From Spizellomyces punctatus DAOM BR117 (taxonomy: Eukaryota): a stretch of 64,000 nucleotides of DNA. Positions 40,656 through 52,748 of the stretch are shown here, one piece after another (the stretch's first letter is position 1; the number at the start of each line of letters is the position of its first letter). The notes below the pieces were generated by a model. It was not told the origin of the DNA, did no database searches, and saw only the letters and a program-made list of their open reading frames with translations. Made by a program: the position numbers and the translations under genes. The stretch lies in NCBI GenBank assembly GCA_000182565.2, contig KQ257450.1, one strand, 5' to 3'.

Positions 40656-41129
40656 ATGATGAGTTCCGCAGATTCATCTCATCCGTTCATCAAGTTACTC
40701 GGTTCGTCGCCGACCTCCCCAACATACATCAACCATATCGCCACTTACCATCCGAAAACACTTGACAAACCCGAATCTTTCAAGTCATTCTGTGAGGTCG
40801 TGTTCTACAACTACCCGTCCCTAGGCATCAGCTACAGCTTTGACATCACTCCCACCATACAACGTCTCGCGGCGATTCACATCTACAATGCCAAAATATC
40901 GGGATACGAAAAGTACAACTTGGACCTTAGCCTTCCATTTGGACTTGATATCAATATGACGGGGAAGGAGGTCGTCGAAACGCTTGGCGAGCCAAGCGTC
41001 AAGTCAAAGTACCCAAAGTGCTGCATTGTTTACCCTGATAAAGGAGTGCAAGTAGATCTGGCAGCGAAGGACTGGGAGGAACCGAATTGCAGCATAGAGT
41101 GCTTAACGTTCTATCAAGAGTTTGCCTGA
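40656..41129 (+). CDS. Hypothetical protein, 157 aa, intronless
   Basis: Uninterrupted ORF of globular composition: FYNYPSLGISYSF...LPFGLDINMTGKEVVETLGEPS. Confidence 0.75.
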   Translation: MMSSADSSHPFIKLLGSSPTSPTYINHIATYHPKTLDKPESFKSFCEVVFYNYPSLGISYSFDITPTIQRLAAIHIYNAKISGYEKYNLDLSLPFGLDINMTGKEVVETLGEPSVKSKYPKCCIVYPDKGVQVDLAAKDWEEPNCSIECLTFYQEFA

Positions 41130-41326
41130 ATTTGCTCACAGAGTAAGGTGCCCTGCAAAGACAACTGTGAAGCGAGATTTGGCCGAGCTACGAGTGGGAC
41201 CGCAGTGGTGTGTATGCTTGTTAATTGATTGATTCCCAATCTGACTGGAAGCCATCGAAAGCGTTGTCGAATCCTGGTTTGAGATTGATAAAAAATCTCA
41301 AAAAGTTCTCTGGTCGACCAAGTAAC

Positions 41327-41399
41327 AGCCCGATGCGGGGGTCGAACCCGCAACCTTGAGGTTAAGAGCCTCACGCTCTGCCGATTGAGCTAACCGGGC
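41327..41399 (-). tRNA. tRNA-Lys(CTT)
   Basis: Reverse complement GCCCGGTTAGCTCAATCGGCAGAGCGTGAGGCTCTTAACCTCAAGGTTGCGGGTTCGACCCCCGCATCGGGC folds as a cloverleaf with anticodon CTT; T-run terminator follows. Confidence 0.97.
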
Positions 41400-41513
41400 T
41401 TCATGGAAAGACAGGGGTAAATAGATCTTGTGACTGTAAGCCACGATTCCTCCAAGTGATGATGTCAAAGGCCGATCTGGCGCAAGTTGCTGGCCCTGTC
41501 TCCCTCCGACCAC

Positions 41514-43708
41514 ATGTTTGTCCCATTACGCTTCCATCGGCGTATGGTCCGCTCGTTGCGGACAAGTAGTAGAACAGTCGTTTGCCCATTGCACTTTCAA
41601 CATGTCACCCGTGGACGTCTTCCAAGTACAAAGGACGGTTTGGCAGGGTCGCTGTCTCATTTCAACATGACTCAACGCAGACGGCATGGCACCCACGGGC
41701 ATGGTCACTCGCATCACCATCACCACGGTGCAGAGCTCCTTGACCATGGTACCAAGGAAGGTTTGTTGAATAGTATGCAAGTTGATCATTTCCTACCCCA
41801 AAGTCTAACGCATCCGATGGGTGTAAAACAGGAACGCGGGTTACTGTGGTTGGGTAAAGCAGCTGAAGCCTTTAGGAAACGTATTGGAGGGTTATGAGGC
41901 TAATTTAACCATTGTGGGCTATTTACAGTCTCGCGGTAAACATCGGGCTGACGGTGTCAAAGGGTGTTGGTGGAGTGTAAGATTCCTAATTGACCGTCAC
42001 GCGAGCAATGACAACCCCGTAAAGGCTTGCTCATGATTTCATAGACTATGGCATTCTGCATCCCTCCTCGCTGAAGCAGTCCATTCGTTAAGCGACTTCA
42101 TGAGGTGAGCACCGAGCATGCTTCAGCGGATCCCACCGACAAGGAGGTCTAATGCTAGATTATAGCGATTTCGTCACCTTGTATGCGTATCGCAAAGCGA
42201 GGGCCAAGCCAGATGCAAAGTTTCCTTTTGGATATGCCAAGTTAGAACCTCTGGGCGGTGTCATCGTCTCTGGGCTCCTCATTGCGGCGGGAGCTGGAAT
42301 AGGTATTACTCTATTTACATGTATCAAGATCCAATAACATGATCGAATCATTGTTCAAGCGGTTCACAGTTGCGAACTTCTCCTTACCTTGCTCCACGAC
42401 TCGACAAATCATCATCACGGCGCAGCAGAAAACGTGACAATGAATCCACTGGCCCTCTACATCATGCTTGCATCCGTTGTATCAAAAGAAGCGATGTTTC
42501 AATGGACGATGAGGGTTGGCCGTAAGGTTAAATCAGATGTACTGATCGCGAATGCGTGGCATCATCGCGCGGATGCAGCGTCGAGTCTTGTTGCGCTTGT
42601 GGGAGTTGCAGGCGCCGTCTATGGAATAAAATGGTTTGATCCTGTTGGAGGCCTCTTAGTGTCCGGTAAGCGCTCGTTTTCTCCCTTGCAAAGAGCTGGA
42701 AAGCCCTTATCCAACCAACGATCGCGCAGGTATGGTTATCAAGGCGGGGTTGGAATCCGGGATACCAGCTTTGAAGGAGTTGATTGACGCAGGTGAGGCG
42801 CACGCTGATGGTGGGGATCCATATTTTGCCTGACTGCTTTCTCAAGCCGCACCTCCGGAAACCACCGAACGCGTGACGGAAGTGGTCCAGCGCCTTCATG
42901 TAAGAGCATGAATTACATTGTGGTACGCATCATTCCACGCTAGTCTTACACGACACTGGCAGGCGAAGGATCAGAATATTCGGGGTATTGGGCCGATCCG
43001 GGTTCGCAAAAGTGGCCCGTTTCTGAATGGTAAGAAACGAGCCGTCGTATCGCACATATGCATCCAGCTTACTTCATGTTGTTTGGGGACAAGTTGATAT
43101 GCAGGTACTGGTCAACCCGTACATCAGTATCTCGCATGCCCATCAGGTTGAGGCTCGTAGTATTGCGAAGGAGTTCTAGGTTCGCGAGCTGAACAGAATG
43201 ATTGTTCACTATAGATATCGGAGAACCTCAAGCATGACATGGTGAAAGAAATTCATGGTACTACTGCCGATTTCAAGTTCAAAAAATTGTAGACTTAAAA
43301 AACTTGAACGTCAATTTCCTTTCAGGCCTGCAAGAAGTGTCCATCCACCTTGACAGCGAGATGCACGATCTGACGGAACCTTCTCCGTCCATCGCTCCTA
43401 CTAGTGTCATTGAAGCAGATATTGTACGAGAAGGAATGAAGGGCATGGAAGAACACGTTCAGAGAATTAGCCATATAACGTTGCATTTCTTAAAGGTAAG
43501 ATTTTATCATCGTAGGGTAGAGCCATCTCTGGTAATTTAACGACCATAATAGGGAGGCATTACTGTCCATGCTGACATTCTGCCCAGGCGAGATGATATA
43601 ACCATTTCAGAAGCAAGAGAAATCGCGCGACAAGTTCAGAAGCGCATTGAAGGTATTGAAGGTGTAAAGTGTGCTGATGTTCATTTAGAGATAAATAGCA
43701 ATCACTAG
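41514..43708 (+). CDS. Cation diffusion facilitator metal transporter (mitochondrial Mmt1/2-like), many small exons
   Basis: Arg-rich presequence-like N-terminus; His-rich HGHGHSHHHHH; SLLAEAVHSLSD; PDAKFPFGYAKLEPLG; LIANAWHHRADAASS; C-terminal dimerisation domain ending ADVHLE. Confidence 0.88.
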
Positions 43709-43813
43709 ATACGTGGTATTGGATGGTCCCACGGCTACCAGACAGGCTACATAGATACTAGCTCTCTATGCTTCAGATATCTCAACAGGGCAGAAAAGCC
43801 CTTTCATTTGTGA

Positions 43814-45110
43814 CTATGCTCCAGTTATTTCAATGGGGAAGACAAGCCCTTCCATCTGTGACAATGGAAAAGGATCAGGACAAGAGCAAAAGTCATGACC
43901 TCTGTACAGAAGGAAGCGACGAACCTTTCGTAGATTCTTTGGCAACTTTTTGCTATTCGCAAACTTCTTCTTGGTCTCCTTGATATCAGCTGTTGCAGCA
44001 AAGAATTGCAAGGCCTGGGCTGTCAAATCCAATGCATGGCCGAGGTAATCCATCTCCTTGTTTTCCTTTTCAAAGGACGAGAGGACATAGGATGTGACAG
44101 GGATGTTTGCGGCGGGGCGGCCAATTCCGATACGGAAGCGGATAAAGTCTCCTGTTTTCAGGTACGCAGCAATGCTTTCCACGCCCTTGTGACCTTGTAC
44201 TGCGCGAAGATCACCGCCGTCTGCAAAGTCAAATACCACCAATTATGCATCAGCCAAACCTAAAAGTTCTATTGCACCAATTGACATACTTTGGACTGCA
44301 ATCGACCCTTGAAGTGTGTTCATGTCGTCGAATACAACAATGAGCTGCTTGCCAGGGTTCTTGATACCATACGTTGAGATGATCTTTGATACAGCGAGCC
44401 CAGAGTTGTTCATTCCTGTTAGTGGTTTCACCAGTAGCAGGCGGAATGTCCTCTGTGGTAGATGGTGATCAGTAAGGCGATGTAGATCGCTCCTTGTTCA
44501 CATCTCACGTACCAACTCTCCCTTCTTTCCAGATGCGCGTGCTGCCACGGTCTGAGACGGGAACACATCGTCAGGGGCCAGCTTGAAAATCACATCGTGC
44601 ACATCGGCGACCACGTCGCCTTTCCGAACAAACTTTGGTGTCACATAATTGGATGGGATGGTAACCGGCGTATCCTTCTTTGACTGTGCTCCTGTGGCGG
44701 CAGAGTCTTCTGCCTGCATTTGCTCCAAGAGGGCGGTTTGCATGGCGATACAGTTTGCCAGGTAGTCGCAGAATATGAAACCGACTAGAATAGTTTGGTA
44801 GGTTCAACAGGCAAAGTTAGCGTGAGTTCCAGAGCAATGTGGCTCATTGCAAGCAGCTTCCAAATTGCGAGCATTGGCGGAACTTGCAAGTGACACCAAC
44901 AGATGTTCACACTGCATAACTTATCGTCCTCCCTAAACCCTTGTATCTGCATTGTTGTTCACACTGCATAACTTATCGTCCTCCCTAAACCCATGTATCT
45001 GCATTGCCTTTTGACGCTTGTAACGTACCATTGTGTCTCGTCGTTACATAGTCCGCGTCCGGGTTCCCCAGCCCAACAATAACATAGTCAACAGGTCGGT
45101 CGGATGTCAT
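43814..45110 (-). CDS. Peptidyl-tRNA hydrolase (bacterial-type Pth1 family) homologue
   Basis: MTSDRPVDYVIVGLGNPDADYVTTRHNV|GF; LLVKPLTGMNNSG; VVFDDM; QGHKGVESI; RFRIGIGRP. Confidence 0.85.
44904..45006. repeat. Tandem duplication, 52-bp unit x2, inside intron 1 of the Pth gene
   Basis: TGTTCACACTGCATAACTTATCGTCCTCCCTAAACCC(T/A)TGTATCTGCATTG at 44904 and 44956, one mismatch. Confidence 0.95.
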
Positions 45111-45608
45111 GATGCAGTGCTAGATGTCTGGGGGGCAAGTTCGTAGTTTGTTTCTTCCTTTTTCGCCAAGGCTTTCCTAAAAAGAACGATAAACACTCGC
45201 AAGTGTTGCCTTTGATCGGGGTTAGTCACGCGTTCCTAGCGGGCTGTGTTTGAATTTCAAAAATAATGGAGCGCTTGCTTGCATTTTTGGAGGATAAACA
45301 ATGGGAGTATTGGGGGTTTTGTTGGGCGCGGGGGGCGTTTAAAAGAAGCAAAAAGCGCAACAAAAGGAAGGTCGGTGGAAAGGAGGAGGAGGGATGAACA
45401 ATGCGATCTTCCAGAAGTATTTACTCTTCCGGATAAACAAATCGCTGCCCGGCATCTTTGAATTTGAGCGACGCACGCGGACTCAGCGCGGCCCACAGCC
45501 AAGTCGCTGCTTTTTTCTTTGGGGGTTTTTTTTATATAAAGACCATTTGCCTTGGATTTCTGCACCATTTGATACTTGCACCATTCTAAAAGCAGCACAC
45601 ACATAGAC

Positions 45609-47148
45609 ATGTCCCACTATTCTGCCCCCCAAGGGTATGCACCCAACTATCAAGCACCACCACCACAAGGTGGATATCCGGGACATTTTCAGCAGCAACC
45701 ACCGTATGGTGCTCCTCCTGCCGGATACCCTTCGCAACAAGGATATCCACAACAGCAAGGCTATCCTCAGCAGCAAGGCTTTCCTCCTCAGCAAGGATAC
45801 CCTCAGCAGCAAGGCTACCCTCAACAGCAAGGTTACCCACCGCAAGCGTCATACCCAGCCCAATATCCTCCACAACAGCAAGGCTATGCCCCTCCAGCTG
45901 GTGCCCCCCCTGGTGGAGCTCCACCTGGCGCATATGGACAGCAACCGCCGTACGGCTACGCAGCTCAAGCTCCGGGATATCCACCTCAGCAACACTCTTT
46001 GCCGGGTGGTCAACCTGCACCAGCGCAGCAACCTTATGGAGCACCTCCTGGTGCGCAACAGTCTTTTTACGCGTCGGGATCGCCCATGCTCAGTGCACCC
46101 GAATTGGAACGCGATGCACAAGGTCTCAGAAAGGCCATGAAAGGAATGGGAACGGACGAAAAGGCTTTGATTGAGATCCTCTGCAAGCGTACTCCGGAAC
46201 AAGCCGCTCAGATCGTGGTCGCCTACAAATCCCACTTTGGTCGCGACCTTGTAAAAGACCTTGAGAGCGAATGCAGTGGAAACTTTAAGAAGCTAATGAC
46301 TCTTCTCGCAATGTCACTTCCCGAGGTGGACGCAGTTTGCTTAAGAGAGGCCATGGTCGGTGCTCCTGGCGAGGCATGTGTGTTTTATCCGCTGATGTGG
46401 TGGCATGGGGCGCTAACTTTTTTGTGTGTTTCATTCTATAGGCTGGCCTAGGGACTGATGAAGATGCTTTGATTGAAATTCTGGTCGGACGGACAAACCC
46501 CGAAATCATTGCCATCAAACAGGCATATCGTGCCAAATTTTCAAAGGACCTTGAACAATCCGTGCACTCTGAAACCAGTGGTCATTTACGCAAACTTCTC
46601 GTGGCAGTCCTTCAGGGTGCTCGTGATGAGACCGGAAGATGGGATGTGAATGCCGATGTGGACGCTCTGTACCGTGCTGGTGTTGGCAAAATTGGGACGG
46701 ACGAATCCGCATTCATCTCCATTCTGGCCAATAGGCCCAATGCGCACCTCCGTGCAGTTTTCGCCGCCTATCATCACAAGTACAGCATGACCGTCGAGCA
46801 GGTCGTCAAGAAGGAGTTTTCGGGAGATTTGGAAAAAGCGATTTTGGGCATCGGTAAGTTAAAAGTACATTTGGGTTGTCAAAGCATAAACTGAATTCTC
46901 TCTTCTCAGTTCGCTCTGCAGAGTCCCGAGCATGGTACATTGCCAACCTCTTTGAAAAGTCCATGGCAGGTCTCGGTACAAAGGACAACAAACTAATCCG
47001 TTTGGCAGTCCGTCATCGTGATCCTCGCATCATGCAAGCCGTGAAACAGGCATACCAGCAACAGTACGGAAAGTCTCTGTACTCGCGGGTTGAAGGGGAG
47101 ACTTCAGGAGATTATAAAAAGGCCTTGTTGGCGTGTATTGGAGCATAA
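45609..47148 (+). CDS. Annexin (A7/A11-like) with a long G/Y/P/Q-rich N-terminus, 2 introns
   Basis: Four annexin repeats ([57 protein letters not shown]); [19 protein letters not shown] at 45533-45540. Confidence 0.95.
45736..45843 (+). repeat. Coding minisatellite, 18-bp unit encoding QQGYPQ-like hexapeptides (about 6 copies)
   Basis: CAGCAAGGxTAxCCxCAx repeated in annexin exon 1. Confidence 0.85.
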
Positions 47149-47396
47149 AAGCGCAAAGATTAGAAATTTACTGTGTGTAAGAGTGTTTTATGAATACCAT
47201 CAACCTACAATACTGCACACACCCATGTAAAATAATTTGCAGACCCTAATTCACTGCCGATAGTCAAGTTTGGATTGCCATATATGTGCGGTATGAATGC
47301 AACTATATACAAGAAGAAAACGGGTAATTCTGTCTGGCCAGAAGCTGGGCAGACCACGCTGCTACGGACTTTGGAGTCCACCACATGTACAATATG

Positions 47397-49405
47397 TCAT
47401 ACAAAGACATCCTGCACACACGCACTTGCGCCAGTCCAAAACGATTTGCTACTGTACTGATCCCGCTCCATTTCAATTATGGACCTGTTCGGTGACACAT
47501 TTAAAAAAGTTACTCAAGGGGTGCTCCTACTCCACGAGAGGTACTCACCCATACTTTGGGTCTGCTATACCCACAAACAGACCATCAGCCCCGTCCCCAC
47601 TTCCACCTGGTGTAAAACTCACTCCAGCAATTTCTCCAAAGAAATCTACCACTTGGGTTCGGTATGCACTGTCGGGGGACATGATGGACCCATATGGACC
47701 TCGTATGATTTCGGTGGGTGCGCTGGTGAGGTCCACAATGTGTACAAAGTCCGCGGGTTCTGCGAATACCATGTGCCGTCCATCATCAGAAAATCGGATG
47801 GATCGGACGGCGCCCATTATTGCGGGAAGGACAGCGAGTGTATGGGACAGATTGCGTGTGTCGTAAATGCGTGTTGTCATGTCTGGTACCATGATTTTGT
47901 TAGTCCTCATATTTGGGTTAGAATTCCTCTTGGAATAAGAAGCCTTTACCTTGATTTCCTGTAGCGACTAGCCGCCCACAGGGCGACCAGGCGCAAGCAA
48001 AGGAATAGTCGATGTGGCCTTTTAACGTTGCCAAGTCTACACAGACAGTATTAGTAATAGGTCATTACCTGGAGATAGGTGCGTCCATTATACGTACGTT
48101 CTCCTGCTTCAGAATCGACAATCAGGGTATTAGGATTGTCTCCCACAACACAAAGCATTCGCCGGTCCGGGCTCAATGTTGTGCACTAAAGAAACGATTA
48201 GCTCATCGTCATTAGCGAATCACCTCTTTGACCTTTCTTACATTGATGGGCCATTTAAACGTCAAAGTCTTTTGAACCTGCATCGTCTTTGCATCCATGA
48301 TCCGAGTGCGCTCGTCATTGCTGGATATAATGGCTTGCTTGGCTATAGCCAAGGGCAAGTTGCTATACATTAACTTCCGCTTTTCAAGAAGTAACGAGCT
48401 TGAAAATCTCTACTCACCTCCACTTCGCGATTCAAAAATATCCATATGGTTCGTAATGCCATTTGGATCCGTTGTCACGCATCCTTTCCAAATCGTTGCC
48501 CGAGAGTCCAATCGTCGACAGATATATTCCCCGCTGAACCCTCCCACCATAAGCAATCCCTCTTTCGCAACCATGGAGCTGACTTTCATGCCGCCCATAT
48601 CATGCTTCTTAAGATCCAGTGCCATCCGTGTCGTTTTCGAGACTGGGCACCAATGGCAAACGCCATGCCGATCTTTGAAAGCGAGAAGTGTCAACGATGG
48701 GCTGGTACTGATGGCAAACCAAATGAAGCTGCTCACTCGTGTAAAAGACATCATTTTTGCTCGTAGCCCATAGGAGATTTCGTAGTTGAAAGTGCACGAT
48801 ATGACATTTGCTGTGCAATTGCGCATGCCGAAACCCATAGTACGATCCGTCGCGCCGAACCGTCAACATCTCCTGATATCATTCATGCGGCGCTCTGTTA
48901 GGTGCACGCGATTCTATGTAAATATCCGATATCTTGAACTCTTACATCCAAGATTGCGTCTTGAGCTATGGACATGTTCTTGTAGTTTCCATAATTCCTC
49001 ACTCGCGACTCGCGAAATTTGTCCCGTGGAATCGGAAGCTGGGACCAGTCTATCCCCTGTATGTCCACTGACCTGAATGTGTCATGATATGTTTATGAAT
49101 CTGCAGCCAGAAGAGTCGACGATCTCACCTTTTCCGACCTGGACATCTTGCACTGTCACTTCCTTTGGCATGGAGAGTCCAAATGATGGCTACGGAGTAA
49201 AAAAAGAACATTGCATGTCAAGAGAATGTTCTAGCCGGCATATTCCCTTCCGGTCTTCCGCACCTCGTCGTTTTCTTCCACTGTATCTGTGTCTGATGAA
49301 ATATAGAACAATATATGAGCAATTCCAGCCCGTCATAGAAGAGCGGTGCATGGCTTCCGCAGCAAACGTCCCAGTCCACTTACAGTCGAACTCATCATAG
49401 TCCAT
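47397..49405 (-). CDS. WD40-repeat protein (DUF2415-like family), multi-exon
   Basis: DIQGIDW; CHIVHFQLRNLLWATSKNDVFY; LMVGGFSGEYICR; TTDPNGITNH; GHIDYSFACAWSP; MGAVRSIRFSDDG; AEPADFVHI; DFFGEIAGVSFTP. Confidence 0.85.
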
Positions 49406-50493
49406 TGTGCCCGCTTTTTCTCCTCCTCCGTGATCCCTCCAGCACCCACGGGAAAGGCTCAGCTGCTATTCGATGATAATGTCCCAGCGATCGCGAAGCT
49501 TGATACTGAGATATTCGGCCAGTTATATCCCCCAGGGTTGAGTTTGAGCAAAGTGTTCACCGCACAGGTACTTTGCCGACAACAGCCTTTCTCAAAATTG
49601 TCTTCGTAAACAATGACAAGTCCGCTCACTGCCCTACTCAACAGGATCTTCTGTATAGTCAAATGACCACAGATAAAGTTCTTGTCCCGCTACGCTCAGT
49701 TGGCAAATGTGTGATACTTGGGTTTTTACAAAGGCGGCTCACATGGGCATTACCAATCCCGTCGTCGTCGTCCAAACCGTCACTAGTGGCTTGGAGCTCA
49801 CATCTGATTCATCGTCCCTTCAGGCTTCTAGAAGCCATAGAATAATATCATGTGATGTGCATTGGAATGAGGATCCAATGAATATCTCCAGTTGCTTCAC
49901 GCCACTCACGGGATCACGAGAGAACGGAAGGCAGGCTGGGACTTGCCTACGAGACGGGCTCCTCCTCGATTGCCATTTCCCGTCATCCGGCAGACAAGGT
50001 AAATACATCCATCCATCCATCCATCATTGTCGTTGTTGCGGGTTTGGGGTACCATCCATCCGTCAGGAGAGTGTAACGATTGTCAGATCTGGCTGGGTAT
50101 CGGTGGTGGACGAGGAAAAGGACGTGGAGCGAATTCGCGAGGTGGAAAATGTTCGCATTGGATATGGACCGCATGTGGAGAATGGCGGAGAGGAGAGGAC
50201 TAGATAGTTTACCTGAAAACGGACTAGTTGGTTTGGAGCCACCAAGTGGAAAGAACTGCAGATAGTGAGAGGTCTTTCAACTCGGTCTCTCTTGTGAAAT
50301 GAGAATCGGGAATGTGAGTCTTGTGGAGACGTTTACGAAGGGAGATATGTTATATTACGAGGAGATGGGATGGACCACTGACAACCGCGGACTGACAATC
50401 GTACACTCACCGGAAGAATGTGTTGGAAATTCGCATGTGAATGACCGAGTTCTGATCTCGTTTTTCATTTTTCTCTTAGTGGAAACGTCAGCA

Positions 50494-51270
50494 ATGGCCC
50501 ACGCCCCTACCAACCCGTTGATCGCCCCCGGTGTTCACCGGTACTCGCGTTCCCAGGCCTACGCCAAGAAGGCCTTGTTCAAGAAGGCTAAGCAGGTTGC
50601 CCCCGCAAAGGCCGCTGCCCCTGCTACCACAAAGACCGTCCAGGTCGGTGGAGCAAAGAACAACCAGACCCGTGAAGTGCCTCTCGTCAAGGCCCCACGC
50701 TTCTACGCCGCTGAAGATGCGCCTGTCCCCAAGAAGTCTCGCAAGGCCCCTCGCCCCGTCAGCCTCCGTGCGTCCATCACCCCTGGTACCGTTCTCATTG
50801 TCCTATCTGGAAAGTACCGTGGAAAGCGTGTTGTATTCCTGAAGCAGCTCGAGTCTGGTCTTCTTCTTGTGACTGGTCCCCACAAGGTTAACGGCGTACC
50901 CATCCGTCGTGTCAACCAGGCCTACGTCATTGCCACCTCCACCAAAATCGATATCTCTGGTGTGAACACTGAGAAGTTCACCGATGCTTACTTCAAGCGT
51001 GACAAGGTGGAGAAGAAGAAGGCAACTGAAGAGGCTTTATTCGAGGCTGGCCAGGTTTGTTACAATCTAGTGTTCCTTACTTTATTTTGCCACTGACATT
51101 TCTGTTTACTTTTACAGAAGAAGCCCGTTGACGCCTCCCGTGTTCAGGACCAACGGGAAGTGGACAAGGCGATCCTTGCCACCCTTAAGAAGGACCGCAT
51201 CCTTCGCGGTTACCTCAACGCTTCCTTTGCCCTTAGCCGAGGTCAATTCCCTCACTTGATGAAGTTCTAA
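50494..51270 (+). CDS. RPL6: 60S ribosomal protein L6 (eL6), 1 intron
   Basis: [64 protein letters not shown]. Confidence 0.97.
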
Positions 51271-51600
51271 GGAGTAGTTGTGGTAATTGTGGGTTGGGAT
51301 TGTGGTTGGTCAAGTGTGGACTGTATATGATTGTTCTTGAGGATGGCCGGAATATAGGAAGCATAAAAAACGCAATGTCTGTCTGCTTGTACTGTGCAGA
51401 AATTTGACACTATGCCTGCTGGCGTAGATAGATGGGGGACAGGACGTCCCCATTCCGATTCATCAGAACATCGTGCATCGCTTAAACAATGGTGATTAAT
51501 GAGAGCAGTTACGACTGAATCCATGAAATATGTTTTAGATAATAACGGTGTCGCTTTCTCTGCAATCCCGAACAAGCCATCCAAATATTGACCCTCTGAC

Positions 51601-52411
51601 TTACAAATCTTCCAATCCTTTCAACGTGGAGTCAAGTTCCTGTTTTACTACTCTATATTTCTCTGTCATCTCCTCTAACCGTTTCTCCAATTCCGTCCGT
51701 TCCGCCTCAGACTGTTTGGTTTTGCGTTCTGCTTGTTCTGTTGTCAGCTCAAGGTTGCGAGTTCTGTACAATTGCCGAGGTCAAATAAGCCTTTCAGCAT
51801 GTTAATGCATTGGAAACAACAACACAACGTACTTTTCGGAAAGCTAGAAGTTACAATGGAAAGTAAAATGGCGTTAATGCATAAGCTCATAATGTGCGCC
51901 ATCGATCTGCTTTGAGTCCCGGCCGGAGAATCCCTTTCTCTTGTCGCTTTCCGAACTCGTTCAAACTGTTTGTTCTCATCATACTTTTGTCTTGGGCATC
52001 CCACCCGATCCCTTAAGAGCCACCTCATCCCCTCATCATTCCAACAAGCGTCTGTTGAAGGTATTTTATCATTGAGCTCACCTCTTCCACGCGCTTCTCA
52101 GCTCTGTCCAAGTTTTCTTGAAGCAAGGTCACTTTGTTGTTGAGACTCTGTACCGTAGTTTCCCGTTTCGCAAGTTCCTCTTTGAGTTGTTTCACCTCCG
52201 CTTCAGCATGTTCAGCTCGAGATTGGCTTTGCTCAGACTCTATTCGGAGTTTCTCGAGTTTCTGTGCGGAGATGATCGGTAAGTCAAACGGTATTCATGT
52301 ATCGTTCGCGAGCAGAAACGCAGCCCATAGGGGATATCGTGCACACAGCAGTTCCTTTTGGATAATTGCTTTACTACTACAAAGTAAACGCACCTCCTTT
52401 ATTTTATCCAT
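51601..52411 (-). CDS. TPM: Fungal tropomyosin; exons 52411-52394, 52261-52082, 51843-51833, 51763-51601, giving 123 aa
   Basis: MDKIKE|KLEKLRIESEQSQSRAEHAEAEVK... and C-terminus ELEKRLEEMTEKYRVVKQELDSTLKGLEDL* resemble Cdc8/Tpm termini; continuous heptad pattern. Confidence 0.88.
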
Positions 52412-52532
52412 GGCGGCTGGGTTTGTGCAAGATGCAGAACAATCCGCACGAGCGCGTCAAGTCATTGGCACTCGATATAAAGTCGAAGCATAATGTAATG
52501 GACATATGATAAGCAGAGCTTTCTCCTTTTAT

Positions 52533-52615
52533 GGCGAGATGGCCGAGTTGGTCTAAGGCGTCAGGTTAAGGCCCTGATCTCTCCGGAGGCGTGGGTTCAA
52601 ATCCCACTCTCGTCA
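52533..52615 (+). tRNA. tRNA-Leu(AAG)
   Basis: GGCGAGATGGCCGAGTTGGTCTAAGGCG TCAGG TTAAGGC CCTGA, long variable arm, GTGGGTTCAAATCCCAC TCTCGTCA. Confidence 0.96.
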
Positions 52616-52748
52616 CTTGCGAAATGCCCAGTTGGATTTTTTACCGGAATAATATGAAAGCACGTGACCGGTCGAAAGCAGGTCATCCTTCAGCATCTTG
52701 CTGGATTTGTTGAATGCTCTCAACCTAGCGTGCCCAGTGGTCATATCC

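Noticed and set aside
44904-45006. CRISPR-like or transposon-terminal repeat
   Set aside because: Two directly adjacent copies without a spacer, target-site duplication or transposase
3740-52411. Possible actin/adhesion gene cluster (talin, annexin, tropomyosin)
   Set aside because: Genes are tens of kb apart and interspersed with unrelated housekeeping genes; no evidence of functional clustering
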